The notes beneath the pieces were generated by a model that did not search any database, was not told where the DNA came from, and saw only the letters and a list, made by a program, of their open reading frames with translations. The position numbers were made by a program, and so were the translations under genes. A stretch of 64,000 nt of DNA from Nannocystales bacterium (GTDB lineage: Bacteria > Myxococcota_A > Polyangia > Nannocystales > Nannocystaceae): positions 160,001-224,000 of the forward strand of contig JBOEGF010000005.1 of assembly GCA_050633305.1 (NCBI GenBank), in the 5' to 3' direction. Positions 57,239 to 64,000 of the stretch are shown in pieces (position 1 is the first letter of the stretch; each line of letters begins with the position of its first letter).

Positions 57239-57346
57239 CAGGGCGACCGGACCCCCAGCCCGGTCGACGCGCCGCCCCGGTGAGATCCGGGTGTGATCGG
57301 CCAGGGCTCGACCTGTCGGCGGGCTCTAGCGTACCCTTGCAGACAT

Positions 57347-58648
57347 ATGCCCCGAACAGACACGATCCGGGGATCGACACTCTGCGACTCCAGTCGGATC
57401 GCCGCCGCGCCGGAGCAGTCGCGGCTGGTGTTTGTCGGCTCCCCCGAGGACGGGTTTCGGAACGCCGGGCGGTGTTTTCCCCTGGCGGGGCTGCGTCGGG
57501 TCGAGTTCCGCCGGGCCGCCGGCGGGGTGCTCTCGTCGAGCATCGATGACGGTGTCCTACGGATCGGTATGCCTCACCCCTGGGTGAGCAGCCATCACGC
57601 TGATCTCGAACTCGACGGCAAGGCCGAGTTGGTCGACCTGGAGAGTCGCAATGGCACGCTGCTCGAGGGCGACATGATCGAGCGAGCGGTCCTGCACTCG
57701 GGCGACATCTTCGAGGTTGGTCGATGTTTCTTCGCGCTGCGGCAGACCCAGGCTCCGGTGCATGCGTCGACCTCGGAACTCCAGCAGGTTGCGCACCCCG
57801 ACTATGCGGCGCGGATGCACGCGCTCGAACGACTCGCGCCGACCCGGGTTCCACTGTTGCTCATCGGCGACACTGGCACCGGAAAGAGCGCCTTGGCGCA
57901 GGCGCTTCATCGTGCGACGGGTCGAGGCGGTCCCTTCGTCGCGCTGAATATGATGGCTCGGTCGGTCGAGCCGAGTCTCCTCGGCGAGGGCGACGCCCTT
58001 CTTGGACGGGCTCGGGGAGGAACCCTCTTTCTCGACGACGTTGGCGCACTGTCGACCGAAGAACAGGGACGACTGCTTTCGGCATTGCTCGGCTTCATGT
58101 TGCCCGACTCCGATGCGTTGCACCTTCCCGAGGATGGGGTGCGGGTGATTGCGGCTGCGAGCAGCAATCTCCATCGACGGGCCGCAGAGGCAACATTTCG
58201 CCCCGACCTCTACGCGCGGCTCGCCGGGTACGAGTGCCGGATTCCGCCCCTGCGCGAGCGCCCCGAGGACTTGGGGCTGCTGGTACGACGCATCTTCGAG
58301 GCCGCGGGCGTTCCGCAGCAGCGGATCAAGGTGGATGTGTTTCGGACCATGCTGGCGCAGGAGTGGCCGTTCAACGTTCGCGAGTTGAACAACTGTGTGA
58401 GTGCCGCGCTGGCACTGTGTGAAGATGCCGCACCGATCACCGCCGCGATTTGGCGGGAGGTCCAATGGCCCAACGCCGGAGTTCCTGCCGCGCCTCGGCT
58501 GGCTTCTGTCCGCGAGACGATCATTCGGGAGCTTGCCGCGCACCGAGGGGACAAGAATGCTGCCGCAAAGAGCCTGGGTTGTGCGATGGTCGACATCGAC
58601 CGGTGGCTGAGCCGGTTTGATCTGGTACCCGAGCAGTTCGCCAGTTGA
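57347..58648 (+). CDS. FHA + sigma54-type AAA+ domain + HTH regulator lacking GAFTGA
   Basis: VSSHHA...LESRNGT (FHA), GDTGTGKS, GGTLFLDDV, FRPDLYARL, PPLRERPED, WPFNVREL, HRGDKNAAAKSLG. Confidence 0.88.
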   Translation: MPRTDTIRGSTLCDSSRIAAAPEQSRLVFVGSPEDGFRNAGRCFPLAGLRRVEFRRAAGGVLSSSIDDGVLRIGMPHPWVSSHHADLELDGKAELVDLESRNGTLLEGDMIERAVLHSGDIFEVGRCFFALRQTQAPVHASTSELQQVAHPDYAARMHALERLAPTRVPLLLIGDTGTGKSALAQALHRATGRGGPFVALNMMARSVEPSLLGEGDALLGRARGGTLFLDDVGALSTEEQGRLLSALLGFMLPDSDALHLPEDGVRVIAAASSNLHRRAAEATFRPDLYARLAGYECRIPPLRERPEDLGLLVRRIFEAAGVPQQRIKVDVFRTMLAQEWPFNVRELNNCVSAALALCEDAAPITAAIWREVQWPNAGVPAAPRLASVRETIIRELAAHRGDKNAAAKSLGCAMVDIDRWLSRFDLVPEQFAS

Positions 58649-58734
58649 GGTTCTCGGAGCCGTTACGACCGGTTTGACGGTAGGTCGAAACTGGAACTGC
58701 ACGCTGCCGTCCCGCGCAACATACTCACTCTTCG

Positions 58735-61518
58735 ATGGCCAAGGATCGGGAACGCGGCGGATTGGGCTCCGCCGACGGCGTGTCGCCCCCGACGCGCTTG
58801 GGCCGTTACACACTGCTGGACCGGATCGGACGTGGAGGATTCGGGGTGGTGTACCGAGCGCTCGACCCCGTGCTGGCGCGCGAAGTCGCGACGAAGCTGC
58901 TGCGCTCTCGGAAGGGGGCTGACGGACTCCGCGATGCCGACGCTCTGATTCACGAGGCGCGCATGACCGCGCAACTCCAACATCCTCACGTCGTTCGCAT
59001 CTTCGACGTTGGCCGCATCGAGGGGGACGCGTCTGCCTACGGTGCCGACGTGTTCATCGTGATGGAGTTGCTCGATGGCAAGCCGCTCAACCAGTGGCTG
59101 CGACATCAGGCCCGGGACGCTCGAGAGATCGTAGAGGTCTTCCTTCAAGCCGCCGACGGGCTCGCGGCGGCGCATCAACATGGCATCGTCCACTGTGATG
59201 TGAAGCCGGCGAATGTGTTCGTGACCCACGACGGTCAGGCCAAGGTGCTGGACTTCGGCCTCTCTCGGCACACCTCACTACGCACCCGGACGATGACTCA
59301 GACCGACCGACCTGCGATGGAGTCGGGCGCGCATCGCATCGTGGTGGGAACCAAGCTCTACATGGCTCCCGAGGCGCATGAGGGAGGGGAACTCGACGCC
59401 GCGGCGGACCAGTATTCGTTTGCGTTGGCGCTCATCGAAGCGCTCGCCGGGGAGATTCCGTTTTCACGTCAGGGCAGAGGGATCTTGGTCGGGGAAAAGC
59501 TGCAAGGCATCTCGGCATCCTGGCTCAAGGCCCGTGGCGTTCCCCGTGAGCTGGGCTCGATCCTTCTACGCGCGACGAGTCCGGATCCCACGCATCGGTA
59601 CCCGGGCATGGACTCGTTGGCAGGCGAGCTGCGCGGTTGGCTGAGCCCCCGGTCGCTGTGGCGGTGGGGTGCGGTCGCGGGCCTGACCGTGGTTGCGCTG
59701 GGGGCCGCGATGTCAGCGGCTGCAGATGCGGAGCCGTGCGAGCTGCAGCCCACCGCCGCGTCAAGGCGATGGAGCGAGTCGCGGGCGGTCGTCGCCGCGC
59801 GGTGGCCACAGGGCGACCCGACGGGGGGGCACGAGCGCTTTTCCGGCGAGATCGACACATTCGTGGCGCAATGGACCGAGTCGGCCGAAGCCGTTTGCTC
59901 GGCCGATGAGAGCCCCGTCGTTGGACTCGACCATGCGCAAACCTGTCTGCGTGAGCGGCTGGGGCGGTTGGATGCCGTGCTGTCGATCGTGGAGGCTGCG
60001 GACGACCGTGTGCTGCTTCGGATCCCCGAGCTGGTGACGCAATTCGTCCCGCCCTCGTATTGCCTCGACCCCAGCCGCGCGCACGAGCTTCCACCGACGC
60101 CCAAGAGCGTTCGAGACCAGAAGACCGTCGCGGGGGTTCGGGACCTTCTCTCGCGCGCGCGTGCCAACCATGCCGCAGGCACCTATGCAGAAGGACTCCG
60201 GCTGGCCAAGCGCGGTCTTGTCGGGGCGAACAGCGTGGGCTTCGAGCCGGCGCAGGCCGAGGCGATGTACGAAGTTGGGGTGCTGACCGTGGCCTCGGGC
60301 GACCTGGCAGGCGGGGCGGAGTACATTGAGCAGGCGTACCTCAAGGCCGAGGCGCGCAAGCAAGACCGGCTGGCAGCGGCGGCAGCGGTGAGGCTGGTCT
60401 CGATCCACGGGCGCTATCTGATGCAGGGAGAGCGGGCACGGGCGTGGGCGCGACGTTCGAGCATCGCGTTGGAGCGCTTGGCCGACAAGACCAAGTTCCG
60501 TGCGGCGCTCGAGTACAACCTCGGGTTGCTCGAGCACGCGGGCGGGTCGTTGGACCTCGCCAGGGACCACTTCCAGCGTGCCCTGTCGCTCTACGAGAAG
60601 AGAGGGGATGAACGCGACGCGCGGACCTGCCGGATGTCGCTCGGTGTGATCGAGGAGATGAAGGGGGAGTCAGAGACGGCGCTCGCGTTGTTCCGCGAGG
60701 CGTACTCCGATGCTCGTACATCTTTGGGGCTCCACCACCCTGATACCGCGACGGCGCTGACGACCGTCGCAGGCGCCCAGTCTTCGCTCGGCCAGCTGCT
60801 CGTTGCGCGTGAGAACTTCGAGACGGCGCTCGACGTGTTCGAGCAAACATTCGGCCCCGAACATGACACGGTGGCCGCCACGCTGACGAACGTCGGCGCT
60901 GTGGAGTTCGAGCTCGCACACTACGACAAGGCGCTCGTACACCACGAGCGGGCCCTCGAGATCTACGAGGCCCTGCTTCCCATGGGGCACCCCCGGGCGG
61001 CGACAGCGGTTGAGAACATTGCGGCCGCGCACGCACGTATGGGTTCGTTTGAGAAGGCCCGTGAGGGGCATGCTCGCGCGCTGGAGATGAAGCGCCTGCA
61101 CCTCGACCCGACGAGTCCGATGCTTGCACACGCCCACGCGAATCTGGGGCTCGCGCTCGCGAATCTCGGCCGTCACGAGGAGTCGCTGCAGGAGTTCGAT
61201 ACCGCCTGGGGCATCCTCCGGGTGGCCACGACGAACGCAGACCGAGCGAGCGTGCTGTTCTTGCGTGCGAAGGCGCGGAAGCTGGCCGGGGTGCGGCCGC
61301 TGGACGATATCCGCCGGGCGATCGCAGGGTTTGAGGAGGGGCGGGCGAAGTCCGATCTTGCGGAGGCGAAGTTCGAGCTCGCGCAGTTGCTGCTTGAGGA
61401 TGACCGCACCGAGGCTGTCGATGCGGCACGTGAGTCACTGGCCCTGTTCCGCTCGATGGGCGCAGATCTGCGGGCGGCTCCAGTGAGGGATTGGCTGTCG
61501 GCGCACGATTCGATCTGA
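58735..61518 (+). CDS. Membrane Ser/Thr protein kinase with TPR repeats
   Basis: IGRGGFGVVY, VATK, HCDVKPAN, DFG, GTKLYMAPE, TM, TPR units (HPDTATAL). Confidence 0.92.
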   Translation: MAKDRERGGLGSADGVSPPTRLGRYTLLDRIGRGGFGVVYRALDPVLAREVATKLLRSRKGADGLRDADALIHEARMTAQLQHPHVVRIFDVGRIEGDASAYGADVFIVMELLDGKPLNQWLRHQARDAREIVEVFLQAADGLAAAHQHGIVHCDVKPANVFVTHDGQAKVLDFGLSRHTSLRTRTMTQTDRPAMESGAHRIVVGTKLYMAPEAHEGGELDAAADQYSFALALIEALAGEIPFSRQGRGILVGEKLQGISASWLKARGVPRELGSILLRATSPDPTHRYPGMDSLAGELRGWLSPRSLWRWGAVAGLTVVALGAAMSAAADAEPCELQPTAASRRWSESRAVVAARWPQGDPTGGHERFSGEIDTFVAQWTESAEAVCSADESPVVGLDHAQTCLRERLGRLDAVLSIVEAADDRVLLRIPELVTQFVPPSYCLDPSRAHELPPTPKSVRDQKTVAGVRDLLSRARANHAAGTYAEGLRLAKRGLVGANSVGFEPAQAEAMYEVGVLTVASGDLAGGAEYIEQAYLKAEARKQDRLAAAAAVRLVSIHGRYLMQGERARAWARRSSIALERLADKTKFRAALEYNLGLLEHAGGSLDLARDHFQRALSLYEKRGDERDARTCRMSLGVIEEMKGESETALALFREAYSDARTSLGLHHPDTATALTTVAGAQSSLGQLLVARENFETALDVFEQTFGPEHDTVAATLTNVGAVEFELAHYDKALVHHERALEIYEALLPMGHPRAATAVENIAAAHARMGSFEKAREGHARALEMKRLHLDPTSPMLAHAHANLGLALANLGRHEESLQEFDTAWGILRVATTNADRASVLFLRAKARKLAGVRPLDDIRRAIAGFEEGRAKSDLAEAKFELAQLLLEDDRTEAVDAARESLALFRSMGADLRAAPVRDWLSAHDSI

Positions 61519-61524
61519 GCGGGC

Positions 61525-62226
61525 TCAGATCTCGCAGCCCTCGGCGTCACAGCTCTCGGCCTTTGCCGCGACGGTCTGCGCTGGGGCGTCCGCTGCCGCC
61601 TTCTTCAACGCGGACAGCAGAACCTCGGGGGGCTGAGCGCCCTGAACCCCGATACGGCCGTCGATGACGAAGAAGGGAACTCCGGTGACGCCGAGTTTGC
61701 CCGCGGTGGCCTCGTCGCCGCGCGCTTCTTGGGCGAAATCGTCGCTGCTGAGAACCGACTGGGCCCGCTCGGCATCCAGGCCCACGTCTTCGGCGAGTTG
61801 AACCAGGGTCTCGTGATCGGCCACGGACTTGCCCTCGTGCATGTAGGCTTCAAACAGCCGTTCCTTGAGTGCGGTTTGTTTCCCCGAATCGGCAGCCCAC
61901 GCGAGCAGACGATGAGCGTCGAATGTGTTGCCGGGTCGAGCGCGGTCGAACCGGAAGTCGAGGCCTCGCTGGCGTCCGACCTCGGTCATGCGGTCGATCA
62001 TTTGTTGTGCACCGTCCCGCGACGTTCTGTACTTGTTCGCAAGCCGGTCGACGTAGTCGATGGAGTCGTCGAGCTCCTTCGGTGCACTCGAGTCGAGCTC
62101 GAACGCGCGCCAGCGGATCTCAATCGGTCGGTCGAACGAGGCGGCGGCTTCCTCGACGTGGCGCTTTCCGACCCAGCACCACGGACACGCCACATCGGAC
62201 CAGATCTCGACCTTGACGGGGTTCAC
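61525..62226 (-). CDS. DsbA-family oxidoreductase (FrnE-like)
   Basis: WSDVACPWCWVGKR, NTFDAHRLL, GVTGVPFF, GAQP, C-terminal SCDAEGC. Confidence 0.92.
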   Translation of the reverse strand: MNPVKVEIWSDVACPWCWVGKRHVEEAAASFDRPIEIRWRAFELDSSAPKELDDSIDYVDRLANKYRTSRDGAQQMIDRMTEVGRQRGLDFRFDRARPGNTFDAHRLLAWAADSGKQTALKERLFEAYMHEGKSVADHETLVQLAEDVGLDAERAQSVLSSDDFAQEARGDEATAGKLGVTGVPFFVIDGRIGVQGAQPPEVLLSALKKAAADAPAQTVAAKAESCDAEGCEI

Positions 62227-62547
62227 GGGCCGAAGCGTAGCGATTCGCGGGGGGGTCGCAAGAGGCGGCCGGACCGCCCCGGCGGCCACGAACCCCGCGT
62301 CGGTTGAATCATCTCTGCACACCCACGCATCTGCGAAAGACGACCGGATGTTCCGCGGTCTCCGGCTTCCCGGATCGGATGACGCCGCCAATGGGTCGGC
62401 ACGGTCGTCGGCCTTTCCTCGGCGCGTGAAACCGCTCCGCCTCCTCCAGATCAGAGACTCGGGAACCTTTGGCTCCCAATTCCGCCCTTCCTACATGGGA
62501 ATACCTGTAGCGCCGGTCGCTGGTGGCCGCCTACACTTGAAGTGGGG

Positions 62548-63819
62548 ATGCACACGATGGATCGGAACGCCGTTTTTCTGGTTGGGCTCATGGTGCTCGG
62601 TGGCTGCGGACAGGATGAGGCTGGCCGTCAGGGTTGGGATGGGCCCGGCGAAGGCACCGAGGGGAGTTCGTTCGATCCTGTAGAGGACGACGGGATGGAC
62701 AACGACGCCGACGGTGCCGGGACGGGTGGGACCGACGGGTCGGACAGCGACCCGACTGTCGGAGAGCCGACGGATGGCGACCCGACCGACGGGGATCCGA
62801 CGGATGGCGACCCCACTGGCGACACCGACGGGGAAGATCCCGTCGACTGCACGCCCGGGTGGGAGACGCCCTGGATCGGCTCCCCATGTGGCGGCGATGG
62901 CGATTGTTCGTTTACCGGCGGGACCTGCTTGCTTCCCGACGATGGCTTCCCATGCGGGACGTGCTCCCTCGACTGCGCGACGTCATGCCCCGACGAAGAC
63001 GGCGCTGCGGTGACCTACTGCGTCAACGGCGTAGATGTTGGACTCGACGAGTCGGGCTACTGCTTGTCGCGCTGCGACTCCACGTTGTTCCCCGGCTCGG
63101 CGTGCCGCGACGGGTACGTATGCGAGGTCCTCACGCGCTTCGACGAGACTGGGAGCCAAGGCGTCTGCATTCCGGAGCAGTTCGACGCGATGGACCCGGG
63201 CGATGGCCTCTACGACGAGATCGACCACGAATACCTGATTCAGATGCTCGGCGGGGACCCGGTCAACGCGTTCGACTACGGGCCCGATCTCGATAGCTTT
63301 CAGATGTACCTCGACGCGGTGGGGGTGCAGTACTTCACGGCCGAGGAGATCAGCACGCCACACAACCAAGCTGCGGCCACCGGGTGTGGCTACACGATCC
63401 TGTTGCCCGAGCGAGACCAGTGGGAACGGGCGGCTGCGCTGGCGCTGTTCACCGACGAGCTTCGGGGCTTGGTCGGAGAGCCGATCTACATGCGCAACTG
63501 GTGGCGTCCTCCCTGCTACAACGCCGCCGTGGGCGGGGCCGCAGGCGGAGACCACCCGGACGCGGACGCGGTTGATCTCGACTTCTCGTCGGCGACCTCC
63601 CGGGCGATCGCGCAGAAGTTTCTGTGCGAGGAGTACTGGAGCGCACCGATCATCACGCCCGATCAGATCGCGCCCGGTGCCGTCATCGATCCAATGCTCA
63701 ACATGTCCGTGGGCCTTGGGGGCCTGACCATCCACCTCGGTGTGTTGTCCAACGGTGGCCGCCGAAACTGGTTCTACGGCAGCTATACGGACGAGCCGGA
63801 CTCGGGAAACTGCTGGTAG
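62548..63819 (+). CDS. Cys-rich lipoprotein with C-terminal peptidase M15-like (D-Ala-D-Ala metallopeptidase) domain
   Basis: LGGC lipobox, PTDGD repeats (62767-62823), Cys-rich module, WWRPPCYNAAVGGA..DHPDADAVD (HX6D) and TIHLG. Confidence 0.72.
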   Translation: MHTMDRNAVFLVGLMVLGGCGQDEAGRQGWDGPGEGTEGSSFDPVEDDGMDNDADGAGTGGTDGSDSDPTVGEPTDGDPTDGDPTDGDPTGDTDGEDPVDCTPGWETPWIGSPCGGDGDCSFTGGTCLLPDDGFPCGTCSLDCATSCPDEDGAAVTYCVNGVDVGLDESGYCLSRCDSTLFPGSACRDGYVCEVLTRFDETGSQGVCIPEQFDAMDPGDGLYDEIDHEYLIQMLGGDPVNAFDYGPDLDSFQMYLDAVGVQYFTAEEISTPHNQAAATGCGYTILLPERDQWERAAALALFTDELRGLVGEPIYMRNWWRPPCYNAAVGGAAGGDHPDADAVDLDFSSATSRAIAQKFLCEEYWSAPIITPDQIAPGAVIDPMLNMSVGLGGLTIHLGVLSNGGRRNWFYGSYTDEPDSGNCW

Positions 63820-63840
63820 GTTTTCTGGTAGCTTCCGGCG

Positions 63841-64000
63841 ATGGGGTTCCTGTCCCGGAAGACCGAAGGCGAAAGCAGTCGCGCGACTCCCAGCGCTCGT
63901 CCAGCACTCGAGCCCGCCATGGGCCTCGAGGAGCAGTCGCAGCTGTGCGCGATCTATGCGACGCGTCGACCGAAGACTGCGGTCGAGTTCGGCTCCGGTG
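63841..64000 (+). CDS. Partial (3'-truncated) putative class I SAM-dependent methyltransferase
   Basis: Frame open from ATG 63841 (or 63919): ...RRPKTAVEFGSG, resembling SAM-binding motif I; cut by the window end. Confidence 0.5.
   Translation, partial: MGFLSRKTEGESSRATPSARPALEPAMGLEEQSQLCAIYATRRPKTAVEFGSG

Overview
High-GC, gene-dense chromosomal window, most likely from a myxobacterium (Myxococcota, Nannocystaceae-like). The assignment rests on TPR-containing Ser/Thr kinases, many Cys-rich acidic lipoproteins, an ECF sigma factor fused to an anti-sigma-like tail, and a sterol reductase. I found no rRNA, tRNA, CRISPR array or mobile element. The main finding is hidden from the ORF track: two tandem paralogous lipoprotein genes (38580-36652 and 36655-34820, minus strand) each read through an in-frame TGA. 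The TGA sits at the first Cys of a thioredoxin-fold motif (YFATF-U-PVC) and is followed by a conserved SECIS-like hairpin that has a compensatory base-pair change between the copies. Both genes therefore appear to encode multidomain selenoproteins (LVIVD-repeat propeller + Ig-like domain + UxxC redoxin). They converge on a PhnCDE-like ABC importer resembling the putative selenate clade, which is itself divergent from a binding protein/porin/TonB/TonB-dependent receptor operon; together these form a candidate selenium acquisition and use locus. Other notable items are an ERG24-type sterol reductase, a ligase-hydratase-ACP-ligase lipid cassette, a GP42-like transglutaminase-fold protein, and a GAFTGA-less FHA-AAA+ regulator. 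All family assignments come from motif recognition by eye, not from database searches.
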